64,000 bases of DNA. Origin: a virus. Made by a program: the position numbers and the translations under genes. The first letter of the stretch is position 1; each line of letters starts with the position of its first letter. The notes below the pieces were generated by a model. It was not told the origin of the DNA. It saw only the letters and a list, made by a program, of their open reading frames with translations, and did not search any database. The stretch covers positions 3,132-67,131 of the IMG/VR virus record IMGVR_UViG_3300047388_000163; one strand, 5' to 3'. Positions 19,126-29,197 of the stretch are shown here, piece after piece.

Positions 19126-19929
19126 GAAAACTGTCTGTTCTGCTTGGGTTTTGCTTGGTGCTGCTACTGCCTGCTGTGGCTTTTGCACAAGGCGCAACAC
19201 CGTCTGTTCAGATTATAACTGGGAAAGGAACAACTGGGCCTCTCAATCCATTTCCAACGTCATCAATTGGTCCGAGTGGCTATGTGCAAGGCGTGACGAT
19301 CGCCAATGGCGGTGCGCGTGTTGCCCAAGATCCAACTCAATTGCTTTGGGACGACTTCCGAGGTGGTGGTGGGTCTGTTCCGACTGGCACGCTGGATACG
19401 GTTTTCAACTGGCAAACTCCGACCACAGGCGGAACGGGTACTCCAACGGCGGCTAACAACCAGTTTGGCGCCACGTCACTCGGTTCCGGTACCGGAACTG
19501 GCTTCTCTATTTTGAAAAGCCAAGAGGCGTTCAAAGGCGTCAATCCTGGTTGGCTGTACTGGCAGGAAAACAACAATTTTGAATTTCCGATCATCCTGAA
19601 TGCTGTACGGTTTTTTGGCTTTGCCACTTTTCCAACGACACCAACTACGGCAGCGCCTTATACGGATGCCGAAGGATTTGAGCTCGGAACCGATGGCCAT
19701 CTTCGCGCCGTGACCGCGACCAGTGCGGATGGCGTATCTGCTGGTACGCGGACGGTCATCAATGATTTGTCGGTGGCTTGTCCTTCGACAATGTGGAACA
19801 GCCGCAATTGGAGGTGCCGGAACATTTACCCTTGCGGCTCTTGGTTCATATACGCCCCGCATTCCTGGTCGCCAAGCGGTCACTGTGATTTGCACTGCCG
19901 GCCAACCGATCTATGGGGATGAGAATTGA
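19122..19929 (+). CDS. signal-peptide-bearing virion-region protein, frameshifted or deleted near 19790
   Basis: N-terminus MRKLSVLLGFCLVLLLPAVAFAQ; protein-like sequence continues in the +1 frame to the TGA overlapping the next start. Confidence 0.55.
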
Positions 19930-20372
19930 AAAAGATCGCATCGATTCTATTGCTGCTATGGACTTCGGTAGCCATGGCTGCGGATGTAACAAACCCGCAA
20001 AGCGTTGCAGGCACTCAGCGTGTTATCGGAACGCTTCGCGGCGCGAATTTCAATGCGGCCACCGATCAAGCCATCCCAATAGCGGTGGCCGTCTATCAGA
20101 TTACGGGGATTGTCGTCACAAATTGTTCGGCATCATTAACTCTCGCTGTTGGCGGTTTCTATCCCACAACGGCTAAAGGAGGAACGCCGATCGTTGCCGC
20201 TACGCAGATTTATAGCGCTCTGACTTCAGCAAGTGTTTTGCTCAATGCCACGGTTGCCGCTACTCCGTTGGTTACCCGCTTTGCGGTAACGCCGGTTTAT
20301 TTGTCTCTCACTACGGCACAAGGCAGCGCTGCTACTTGTGACGTTTACGTTATCGGCGTGGATCTGACCTAA
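19926..20372 (+). CDS. signal-peptide-bearing beta-rich protein
   Basis: TTG start; MKKIASILLLLWTSVAMAA; GANFNAATDQAI...CDVYVIG. Confidence 0.65.
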   Translation: MKKIASILLLLWTSVAMAADVTNPQSVAGTQRVIGTLRGANFNAATDQAIPIAVAVYQITGIVVTNCSASLTLAVGGFYPTTAKGGTPIVAATQIYSALTSASVLLNATVAATPLVTRFAVTPVYLSLTTAQGSAATCDVYVIGVDLT

Positions 20373-21068
20373 ATGGCATCCAGCGGAACATACGTCTGGA
20401 CAATGTCCAACGGCGAGACCGTCTTGGAGGCCTATGAGCGCATTCAGGTGCGCGCCCCATCTATTCGTCAGGAGCACATGGTTAGCGCTCGGCGAGCTCT
20501 GAATCTGCTCTTGGTTGAGGCCAGTAATCGCCAGGTTAACCTCTGGAAGGTGCAACAGAACTCGTTTCCGTTAGTGCAGGGGACGGCGCTCTATAATCTG
20601 CCTGCTAATACGGTTCTCGTCCTGGATGCATGGGTTTCGTCAAACACCGGAACACAAAATCAGACGGATATCTACATTACGCCGATTAGCCGCACTGAAT
20701 ATGCGACTTTCTCAAACAAGCAAACGCCTGGACGACCCACTTCATGGTGGATGGATCGCCTGATATCGCCCACCTTGACCGTTTGGCCAGTGCCTGATGC
20801 TAGCGGGCCATATGTCTTCAATTACTTCTCGTGCGTGCAAATGCAGGACGCCAATTTGCCGGGTGGTGAAACTCCTGATCTGCCATATAGATGGTTGGAC
20901 TGGTTCGCGGCTGGTCTCGCGCATCGCCTTTCGAGATACTATGCGCCAACACTTGAGGCTGTTAGAAAGGAAGATGCCAAGGAAGCTTGGACAATCGCCG
21001 CTACACAAGATGTCGAGCCGATGGCCCTCTCGTTAGCGCCTCGGATTTCCACGTATTATCGGAGATAG
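20373..21068 (+). CDS. head-tail adaptor/connector protein
   Basis: MASSGTY...EAYER, SARRALNLLL, NRQVNLWK, ISRTEY, NKQTPGRP, GLAHRLS. Confidence 0.75.
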   Translation: MASSGTYVWTMSNGETVLEAYERIQVRAPSIRQEHMVSARRALNLLLVEASNRQVNLWKVQQNSFPLVQGTALYNLPANTVLVLDAWVSSNTGTQNQTDIYITPISRTEYATFSNKQTPGRPTSWWMDRLISPTLTVWPVPDASGPYVFNYFSCVQMQDANLPGGETPDLPYRWLDWFAAGLAHRLSRYYAPTLEAVRKEDAKEAWTIAATQDVEPMALSLAPRISTYYRR

Positions 21069-21070
21069 CC

Positions 21071-21439
21071 ATGAGGAGACGCCCCAAGCACGCCAGAGTT
21101 GACCCTACTTCGCCGAAGGGATGGGGAACTTGTGAAAAGTCCGGCTTCATCGGACAAGCTCAAGACCTGATTCCCCAGATGGAGTGGAGAGGTCTCAAGC
21201 TGATGCCAACAGGCATTCGAGCGCTTGCTCCATATATCGACAAGCCGCAACGCCAGCTCGGCACGATCATTCTTTCGCCGGATCCGGTTGGTTTGGAAAA
21301 TGCCCGGCCTGAGCAATATCCGATTGATGAGGTCTGGCCTCGATTACTGCAGGGTGGTCAGCCACGGTATCTGCAGCGATCGGAAAATTCGAGGTCACTG
21401 CAAACGAACCTGTATTTCTCAACTTCGGGGCATTTCTAG
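21071..21439 (+). CDS. conserved tail-module protein
   Basis: GGAG RBS; WGTCEKSGF, DKPQRQL, PDPVGLENARP. Confidence 0.65.
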   Translation: MRRRPKHARVDPTSPKGWGTCEKSGFIGQAQDLIPQMEWRGLKLMPTGIRALAPYIDKPQRQLGTIILSPDPVGLENARPEQYPIDEVWPRLLQGGQPRYLQRSENSRSLQTNLYFSTSGHF

Positions 21440-21919
21440 GTGGCTGCTGGCAATCCACAGCTAGGCGTTTTCCAAGGCGGTCAGATGACCGATCTTCCGG
21501 CTTATCCCGGAACCTTGGACGTGACTGCTTTGCTGGAGATTGTCTCGCCGGGTAATGTTGTCAGTGGGATAAACTACAAGATCACGATTGCTCAGTTAGC
21601 ATTGATCGTTGGGAGCGGTAGCAGCGCTGCTCTGACGATCATCACATCCGGCGCGACCTATAATTCCGTACAGACGGATACCCGGATTCTGGTCAACAAG
21701 GCGATCGGCTCCCCGACGACGATAGCTTTGCTGGCTGGTTCTAGCTATTTCCAGCCTGTTCTGGTTAAGGATCTCAAGGGCGATGCCGGAACGAACAATA
21801 TCACGGTGACGTTTCCGGGCACATTTGATGGTATCGCGTCCCCTCTCACGATCAACACAAATTTCGGGTGGATATGGCTCAATCCTCTGCCAACTGGGAA
21901 TTTCTATGATGCGGGTTAA
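21440..21919 (+). CDS. tail-associated structural protein
   Basis: GTG start; VLVKDLKGDAGTNNITV motif common in fibre-associated proteins. Confidence 0.6.
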   Translation: MAAGNPQLGVFQGGQMTDLPAYPGTLDVTALLEIVSPGNVVSGINYKITIAQLALIVGSGSSAALTIITSGATYNSVQTDTRILVNKAIGSPTTIALLAGSSYFQPVLVKDLKGDAGTNNITVTFPGTFDGIASPLTINTNFGWIWLNPLPTGNFYDAG

Positions 21920-24689
21920 AGCGCTTGTTCTTGGATTATTGCTAGCCCTCGGTGCTTCAGGCGCTTGGGCGCAGACGGGCTGCCAAGGCCAGCCGGCGGC
22001 GGGTGGGACGTGCGGCAATCCTGCAGCAACCGCCGGATTGCCCTCATGGGCGACCATGACGGCTCTGTTGGATCGCAATTTCGGCGGTCCATCAACGCAA
22101 GGTACTGTGCTCAACCGCGGCGCCTCGGTATGGTCCGCTACGGCAACTCCGACACTTGGGCTGAATGGCGGTACGGGCGGCTCTCTTACCCTGAATGGTG
22201 CCACGTCCGGTTCGGCATTAATCAGTGTCCAAGCTGCGGCTGGTACTGGAACGCTATTCCAGCTGCCGAATACAAATGGTGTCAATGGTCAGCAGTTGAT
22301 CACGGATGGATCCGGGCACTTGTCTTGGACATCGGCAGGCGCCGGCACGGTTACCAGCGTTGGCCTCGCGTTGCCGGTGGCGATCTTCACGATCTCTGGC
22401 AGTCCGGTGACGAATACCGGAACCTTGACCGGAACTCTGGCCACTCAATCGGCCAACACGGTTTGGGCTGGACCGACGACTGGCGCTGCTTCTGCTCCTA
22501 CCTTCCGGGCCTTGGTTGGCGCTGACCTTCCTAACCCCTCTGCAAGTACCCTAGGAGGCGTCCAATCGTTTGCTGCGGTCGGAAGCCAATGGATCCGGCA
22601 AATCTCAACCAGCGGCGTTCCTACGGCCTCCCAGCCTGCCTTTACAGACATCTCAGGGTCTGTTGCTGCGGCGCAGTTGCCAAATCCGTCAGCTTCAACA
22701 TTGGGAGGTGTTGAGAGCCTTGCGGCGGTAGCCTCGAAATGGATCAATACCATATCAACGTCTGGTGTTCCGAGCGCGACCCAACCGTTATTTTCTGACA
22801 TCTCGGGGAATGCGACACTGGCTCAACTACCGTCGATCGGAAACGGAACCCTCGTTTCCAATATTTCCGGCGGAACCACGACGCCCTTGGCGAATAGCCT
22901 CACGTCTATTATTGACACAATTATCGGTGCCACTCAGGGGCAGGTTTTATACCGGAGTGGCACGGTATGGACGGCACTTAATCCCGGCACCGCTGGACAG
23001 GTGTTAACAACTGGTGGCGCGGCGGCTAATCCGTCGTGGACCTCGGTGGGCGGGACCGGAACGGTGACCAATGTCGCGACCAACAACGGCGTGACAGGAG
23101 GCCCGATAACCACGACCGGAACGATAGGACTTGCATCAATTTCTACTGGTAACGTTCTGGCGAATGTCTCCGGTATTTCTGCGGCTCCGAGTGCCACCAC
23201 GCCTACCTCGGTGCTGGATGTTATCGGGGCCACTCAAGGAGACATTCTTTACCGCGGCGCATCAGTTTGGACTGCTCTTACGCCTGGGACTGCCGGGCAA
23301 TATCTCCAAACTGGAGGCGCTGGTTCCACCCCAGCATGGGCCACATCTATAAGCGCGTTAACAGCACTTCCTACAAGTGGCACTTCAGCCAGGACAATGG
23401 CTGCGCACCTGCAAGATTACCTTAATGTAAGGGACTTTGGCGCGGTTGGTGATGGTTCGACTTCGGACCAAACTGCATTCCAAGCCGCTATTGACGCGTC
23501 TTGTCCCGGTCATCTGTCGGTTACGCCACCGGCAGCGGCAGTCAATCAGATTTTTCCGATCATCGTCCCAGCGAGTTCTGGTGCGTATATCGTAACGCAG
23601 TTGAATGCGACTAACTGCGCTGGATTTACCATGTGGGGTCTGGGTTCCGGCAACCGACCTGTGATAAAATATACGGTCGCTTCTCCTGCCAATAGCATCA
23701 TGGATCTGACCGGATCAGCGGCAGGAATCAGCCTAAAAAATCTGCTATTCCAAGGTCCGCAATCTGATGGCATAAGCGCTACGTATCCAGTCTATGGATT
23801 GATTGTTGCATCTACGACTGCGGGAGGAGCCAACTACAACGAAATTGACAATGTGGGGGTATCTGGAAGATTCCAGCAGGCTGGAATGTATATATATGGG
23901 GTATGTTGTTCTCTTGTAACAATGTCCAGCTTTAACAATTTCAACCAGAATAACACGAACTCATATGCGCTTGTTTTGACCACTTCCAACGTTCTGACGG
24001 CGGGGTCAAGCTTCACGACAATCAACACCAGTTCAGCCGCTGGTATGTCAGATTGGACATTCGATCGCACTGAGGCGCACGCGTTCCTAGGTGGGGGTGG
24101 CGCATCTCCGCAGTCAGTATTTTTTGACAGCGCAATAAACATTAACTGGACTGGAGGCCAGATTGGAGCGTGCCAAACATTTTTGATGCGCACCAATGGT
24201 ACTAACGCCAATATCAATTTCAGGGGAACGACATTTTACTGTGACAATGGGACATCAGCCTCAGTTCTATTCGGTGCAGCTTCTGGTACATTGTCGCATC
24301 TGGTTCTGGAGAACGTGTTCATCAGGCTGACCACGGCAGGAACACTTTTCTCAGGACAATCATTCACATCTGGAATGATGATCGAGAGCAGTTACCAGAT
24401 CAATGCCTCGACCACTCAGATTCATATGGCGGGCTTGGGCACGTCTCCAAGCGCTTCAGTCGGATCCGTGACGGGTACTGATTTGGACGGCACGGTAACT
24501 ACGTCGGGAACCCAGACAGGAACCATCATAACCTTTGCGACGCCATTCAATGGGACTCCCTCATGCAATGCTAATGCACTGGCTGGAAATGTTCTTACTA
24601 TTGTCAGAAGCACCACAAGCTTAGTCATAACCTGGCCATCGGCTAGTGGTGTCGTAGTCGATTGGCATTGTATGGACAAAGTTACATGA
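21906..24689 (+). CDS. tail fibre/tailspike with pectate-lyase-like beta-helix and N-terminal signal peptide
   Basis: LNVRDFGAVGDGSTSDQTAFQAAID beta-helix cap; GTVTSV fibre motifs; internal repeats. Confidence 0.8.
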   Translation: MMRVKALVLGLLLALGASGAWAQTGCQGQPAAGGTCGNPAATAGLPSWATMTALLDRNFGGPSTQGTVLNRGASVWSATATPTLGLNGGTGGSLTLNGATSGSALISVQAAAGTGTLFQLPNTNGVNGQQLITDGSGHLSWTSAGAGTVTSVGLALPVAIFTISGSPVTNTGTLTGTLATQSANTVWAGPTTGAASAPTFRALVGADLPNPSASTLGGVQSFAAVGSQWIRQISTSGVPTASQPAFTDISGSVAAAQLPNPSASTLGGVESLAAVASKWINTISTSGVPSATQPLFSDISGNATLAQLPSIGNGTLVSNISGGTTTPLANSLTSIIDTIIGATQGQVLYRSGTVWTALNPGTAGQVLTTGGAAANPSWTSVGGTGTVTNVATNNGVTGGPITTTGTIGLASISTGNVLANVSGISAAPSATTPTSVLDVIGATQGDILYRGASVWTALTPGTAGQYLQTGGAGSTPAWATSISALTALPTSGTSARTMAAHLQDYLNVRDFGAVGDGSTSDQTAFQAAIDASCPGHLSVTPPAAAVNQIFPIIVPASSGAYIVTQLNATNCAGFTMWGLGSGNRPVIKYTVASPANSIMDLTGSAAGISLKNLLFQGPQSDGISATYPVYGLIVASTTAGGANYNEIDNVGVSGRFQQAGMYIYGVCCSLVTMSSFNNFNQNNTNSYALVLTTSNVLTAGSSFTTINTSSAAGMSDWTFDRTEAHAFLGGGGASPQSVFFDSAININWTGGQIGACQTFLMRTNGTNANINFRGTTFYCDNGTSASVLFGAASGTLSHLVLENVFIRLTTAGTLFSGQSFTSGMMIESSYQINASTTQIHMAGLGTSPSASVGSVTGTDLDGTVTTSGTQTGTIITFATPFNGTPSCNANALAGNVLTIVRSTTSLVITWPSASGVVVDWHCMDKVT
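22527..22832 (+). repeat. tandem 50-aa repeat in tail fibre
   Basis: LPNPSASTLGGV.S.AAV.S.WI..ISTSGVP...QP.F.DISG....AQ twice; a second GATQG..LYR...VWTAL.PGTAGQ.L.TGGA repeat follows at about 22925 and 23225. Confidence 0.8.
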
Positions 24690-25408
24690 GCTTGACTTGG
24701 GCAACATTCACAACTCAGTTAGCCAATTTTCTGGTTGTGCCGGTCAATGACCCGAATTTCATTATAGCGTTGCCATCGATTATTGATGACGCAGAGCAAA
24801 ATTCGTACCGAGATCTTGACTTGCTCAATACGGTATTCCGGGATTCATCGGTTGCTCTTACGGCTGGAAACAGGAATTTTGCTGAGAATTCCTCTGGTCC
24901 TAATGGGCCATTCCTTGTCACCCAGCAGTTGAACGTGATTACGCCAGCCGGAACGACTAATCCAGACCTTGGATCTCGCAACCCCCTCTTGCCAGCGAGC
25001 AAGGAAATGCTGGATGCTCTGTATCCAAGCAATACCGGTGCTGGAATTCCGGTCTACTTCGCGCCGATCAATCAGAACAACTTCATCGTGGCACCATGGC
25101 CTGACCAGAACTACACGGTTGAGGTTGTCGGGACACAGCGGCCAGCGCCGTTGTCTGCATCGAATACGACAACGCTGCTGTCAACATATTTCCCAGACGT
25201 GTTCTTTAACGCATCAATGGTTATCGGCTGCGGATTCCAAAAGAACTTTGGTGCGGCCTCAGACGATCCTCAATCTGCGGTGACTTGGAAATCCAAGTAT
25301 GATGCATCGCTGAAATCGGCTACCATTGAGGAGATGCGCAAGAAATTCCAATCAGAGGCATGGTCTTCGAGTTCGCCAACTCCGCTCGCGACACCCCCGC
25401 GCACGTAA
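24686..25408 (+). CDS. head-tail adaptor protein
   Basis: ATGA coupling; IIDDAEQNSYRDLDL, GIPVYFA, VAPWPDQNY, TTLLSTYFPD. Confidence 0.7.
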   Translation: MSLTWATFTTQLANFLVVPVNDPNFIIALPSIIDDAEQNSYRDLDLLNTVFRDSSVALTAGNRNFAENSSGPNGPFLVTQQLNVITPAGTTNPDLGSRNPLLPASKEMLDALYPSNTGAGIPVYFAPINQNNFIVAPWPDQNYTVEVVGTQRPAPLSASNTTTLLSTYFPDVFFNASMVIGCGFQKNFGAASDDPQSAVTWKSKYDASLKSATIEEMRKKFQSEAWSSSSPTPLATPPRT

Positions 25409-25420
25409 CAGGAGGCTGTT

Positions 25421-26365
25421 ATCGCTGATCCAGTCACAGTCAATCGAGCGCTTGCGCAACCGATCCGAGGTTCAGATGTCGGAACATGGGATACGCCAAC
25501 TAATGCAAATTGGGGTTTGGTTGATACGATTGTCGGCGGCATTGCGTTCATTGCCACGACAGGAGGAGCCACAACACTAAGCCCCGCTCAATTGGCATGT
25601 GGCACCATTAGTATTAGCGGCAATCTTTCGTCTCTCGCGAACATCGTATTTCCTGCAGTGCAAGGTTGGTGGTCGATCGAGAATTTGACGACGGGCGCCT
25701 TTCCTGTCTTCATCCAATCTGGATCGGTAACACAGCAGATTTGTATGCCACCTGGAGAGATTACTGACATTCAGGTCAATGGTAACGTAGTTAAATTTCG
25801 TAATCTAGGACGTATCGGATCTTTCGTAGACTATATCGGAACTTCGGTTCCTAATTGGGTGTCCAACTGCACTATTCCACCATATTTGAATTGCGATGGT
25901 TCTGCATTTAGCAGTGGGACCTATCCATATCTGGCCGGACTCATTGGGACGAATCTTCCTGATCTACGTGGAAGATCTCGTGCATATCTCAATCAAGGAA
26001 CGGGCAGGATTACTTCGTCAGGTTCAGGCATAGATGGCAATACTAATTTGTCAGGCGGGGGTCAGCAAAACATTCAATTGCAGCAGCAGCATCTTCCCAA
26101 CCTTACATTTCCGGTAACTATCGTTGATCCTGGTCATTTCCATGTTCTTAACGGTGGCGCGGGATTTACAGTAGGCACATCCAGCGTCGGCAACGGCCCT
26201 TCTGCGCCAGGCGCTGCTGGCCCAGCTGCTTCGATATCTCCACAAACTGATACCAAACCAACCGGAATTACCGCTAGTGTGGTCCTCAATGGAGGTGCGG
26301 TCAGTACATTTACAAACATGGGGCCGACTGTGATAACCGGAATCACCATGATCAGAGCTGGGTAA
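25421..26365 (+). CDS. tail fibre protein with tail-collar domain (ATC start)
   Basis: AGGAGG (25410-25415) then in-frame ATC; GTWDTPTNAN N-terminus; YLNCDGSAFSSGTYPYL...LPDLRGR collar motif. Confidence 0.75.
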   Translation: MADPVTVNRALAQPIRGSDVGTWDTPTNANWGLVDTIVGGIAFIATTGGATTLSPAQLACGTISISGNLSSLANIVFPAVQGWWSIENLTTGAFPVFIQSGSVTQQICMPPGEITDIQVNGNVVKFRNLGRIGSFVDYIGTSVPNWVSNCTIPPYLNCDGSAFSSGTYPYLAGLIGTNLPDLRGRSRAYLNQGTGRITSSGSGIDGNTNLSGGGQQNIQLQQQHLPNLTFPVTIVDPGHFHVLNGGAGFTVGTSSVGNGPSAPGAAGPAASISPQTDTKPTGITASVVLNGGAVSTFTNMGPTVITGITMIRAG

Positions 26366-26369
26366 CGAA

Positions 26370-26879
26370 GTGGCAGCAAAGACAAAACTAACGGCCCCAG
26401 ACGTTACGCTGGAAAGATTGAGATCGGTCCTGGATTATGATCCAGAGACCGGGATTTTCCGGTGGGGGTCAGGTGTCAATAAATTCGTTAAATGGAAGAT
26501 CGGCAGTTTGGCTGGAACCGATAGCAATGGGTATCTTTCTATCGTTATAGACTATCGAATGTATATGGCCCATCGTCTTGCCTGGTTTTATGTCCATGGT
26601 GTTTGACCGGATCAGATTGATCACCGTGACATGAATAGGAGAAACAATGCGATTGCCAATTTGAGACTGGCAACATTTTCTCAAAATAATGCTAATAGAT
26701 GTGTACGAGGAGATTGTTCTTCGGGTTACAAAGGTGTGCGTTTTCATAAACCATCAAAGCGATGGCAGGCACGGTTAGCTCAGCGCCACTTGGGTCTATT
26801 TAGCTCACCTGAAGAAGCCCATTCGGCTTATATTGCTGCGGCTATAGAAAAGTATGGCCAATATGCGAATGCGGGGTAG
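26370..26879 (+). pseudogene. HNH-AP2 homing endonuclease interrupted by in-frame TGA
   Basis: AHRLAWFYVHGV*PDQIDHRDMNRRNNAIANLR; TGA at 26604-26606 replaces the expected Trp. Confidence 0.85.
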
Positions 26880-26884
26880 GTATC

Positions 26885-28939
26885 TTGGCTTTTGGCTCAG
26901 TAACGCTCAGGCCTGGAATAAACGTTGAAAGAACGCCAACTCTGCTTGAGGCGGGTTATTCGCAATCTCAATTGATCAGATTTCGTGATTCTCTCGCTCA
27001 GAAGCTAGGCGGCTGGACTCAGTTCTTTGCATCGGCGCTGTCGGGAGTGCCGCGCGATCTCCACGCATGGGCTGATCTGAACGCCACGAATCATTTGCTG
27101 GTAGGAACCACGACTAGTTTGGATGTCATAACCGGAAGCAATCTTCAGGACATCACACCCCAGACATTAAAATCCGATTTTTCTCCGAATTTCACGACGG
27201 TAAACAATACTCCAACCGTTACGATCATTGATCCAAACATTTCAAACGTGACAATCAATGATTCGGTTTTGTTCAATACACCGATTTCAATCGGTGGGTT
27301 GGTTCTGTCTGGGATCTATTCGATTACGTCGGTAGTAGGTGTCCATTCATACACAATCACCGCCAAGAAGAATGCTACTTCCAGCGTCAATAACTCTGGT
27401 ATGGTGCCACTGTTTACGACCGCAAATGGAAGTTCCATCGTCACGGTGGCACTTACCGCTCATGGGATAGCAGCGGCTGGCGTGACGGTCGTGTTTCCGA
27501 TCGCAACGAGTGGAAACAATGTAACCATCTTGGGTGCCTATACCGTCAGCTCGGTAATCGATGTAAATCAATTCACGATCACGGCATCCACCAGGGCGAA
27601 TGCTCCGGGCTCGTTTTCTATGAACGGTGGCAATGCCGAGTTGCTGTATTACATCGCGATAGGACCGCCTCCGATCGGAGTTGGCTACGGTCTCGGCGGC
27701 TATGGTTTAGGTGGATATGGAACAGGCGTTGTCCCACCCAATCAAACTGGCACGGAGATCACCGCGACCGACTATACCTCGGATAACTGGGGACAGATTG
27801 CTCTGGCGTGCCCTGAGAATGGTGGGATCTATTATTGGGATCCGTCTGGCGGGTTCACCAACGCATCGTTAGTAGCTACGGGACCGATATTCAATCGCGG
27901 GGCCTTCGTCTCAACATCCCAACAGATCCTGATTGCGTTTGGATCAACCATTGATGAGACAATCGGCGGCGGCATCGGCATTCAGCAAGATCCCATGCTG
28001 GTGGCATGGTGCGATGTAGGCAACTTCTTCCAATGGCAAGCTTTGACCACGACACAAGCCGGTAACTTCCGCATTCCGATCGGATCCATGTGTGTGGGTG
28101 GAATGGCCGTTTCCAATCAAAACCTGATCTGGACCGACCTTGATCTGTGGGCGATGAACTACATCGGATATCCAAATACGTATGGATTTAACAAAATTGG
28201 GGCCGGTGCTGGACTTGCCTCAAGTCATGCCGCCCAGCAGCTTCGCGGTGGCGTCTATTGGATGGGGAAATCAAACTTCTATTCATATACCGGTGGTGGG
28301 GTTCAGGTGATCCCATGTCCGGTCTGGGATTTTGTGTTTCAGAACCTCAATAATGCATTCATCCACAACGTTCGCGCGATGCCAAATACGCCGTTCAACG
28401 AGGTTGGATGGGCATTCCCGAGCAATGCCAGCGCAAACGGCGAGAACGATTCGTATGTCAAGATGAACATCACCGAGCCGGGGGCACCTTGGGATTACGG
28501 CTTGCTGCCGCGCTCAGCATGGATTGATCAGACGGTGTTGGGACCTCCGATCGGGGCTATCTCAACCGGAATTGTGTATCAACACGAGACGAGCCCAGAT
28601 GCTGCGGGGCAGCCGTTGGTTTGGTCCTACACGACAGGTTATTTCCGCATTGCAGAGGGCGAGAGCTATGCGTTCGTTGATCGGATACAGCCAGATTTCA
28701 AATTTGGTACAAGCGGGGGCGCTCAAACGGCAACTATCCAGATGTCGTTCAATGTGACGAACTACTCGGGTGATCCGCCTACCGTTTACGGGCCATACAC
28801 CGTTACCCAATCAACGGAATTCATCACCACGAGATTTCGCGGCGGCTTGATGAGCATAACCGTTAGCGGATCGGATCTTGGTAGTTTCTCTCGATTGGGC
28901 TATGTTCGCTATCGTTGGCGAGAGGATGGACGGCGATAA
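26885..28939 (+). CDS. tail nozzle / DNA stabilisation protein (P22 gp10-like)
   Basis: 684 aa; LRPGINVERT, IRFRD..AQKLGGW, DPMLVAWCD, IWTD, VYWMG, IPCPVWDFVF, RSAWID, terminal DGRR. Confidence 0.8.
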   Translation: MAFGSVTLRPGINVERTPTLLEAGYSQSQLIRFRDSLAQKLGGWTQFFASALSGVPRDLHAWADLNATNHLLVGTTTSLDVITGSNLQDITPQTLKSDFSPNFTTVNNTPTVTIIDPNISNVTINDSVLFNTPISIGGLVLSGIYSITSVVGVHSYTITAKKNATSSVNNSGMVPLFTTANGSSIVTVALTAHGIAAAGVTVVFPIATSGNNVTILGAYTVSSVIDVNQFTITASTRANAPGSFSMNGGNAELLYYIAIGPPPIGVGYGLGGYGLGGYGTGVVPPNQTGTEITATDYTSDNWGQIALACPENGGIYYWDPSGGFTNASLVATGPIFNRGAFVSTSQQILIAFGSTIDETIGGGIGIQQDPMLVAWCDVGNFFQWQALTTTQAGNFRIPIGSMCVGGMAVSNQNLIWTDLDLWAMNYIGYPNTYGFNKIGAGAGLASSHAAQQLRGGVYWMGKSNFYSYTGGGVQVIPCPVWDFVFQNLNNAFIHNVRAMPNTPFNEVGWAFPSNASANGENDSYVKMNITEPGAPWDYGLLPRSAWIDQTVLGPPIGAISTGIVYQHETSPDAAGQPLVWSYTTGYFRIAEGESYAFVDRIQPDFKFGTSGGAQTATIQMSFNVTNYSGDPPTVYGPYTVTQSTEFITTRFRGGLMSITVSGSDLGSFSRLGYVRYRWREDGRR

Positions 28940-29190
28940 TGGCTGACGAAGACCTCGGTGGAAGTGCAGCCTCGCAAGGGCTAAAGGATCTCAACACCAC
29001 TCAACAATCAGGTGTGCGATACCTTGGCCTGATTATCCAAGCGCTGCAAAAGGCATTCATTCAGTTCGGCGGCAAGACGACTTCGGCTACTTCTGGCGCA
29101 GCGAGTGCACTTCCTGCTACCCCTGCGGGCTATGTTGGCATAACCCTTCCTGACGGCACAATTGGGAAGGTGCCATTTTACAACAATTGA
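28939..29190 (+). CDS. small tail-module protein
   Basis: TAATG coupling; LPATPAGY...KVPFYN. Confidence 0.6.
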   Translation: MADEDLGGSAASQGLKDLNTTQQSGVRYLGLIIQALQKAFIQFGGKTTSATSGAASALPATPAGYVGITLPDGTIGKVPFYNN

Positions 29191-29197
29191 GCATCCC

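Noticed and set aside
27650-27730. GYGLGGYGLGGYG in the nozzle as part of the GG-motif system
   Set aside because: Different consensus; a Gly-aromatic repeat typical of this nozzle family
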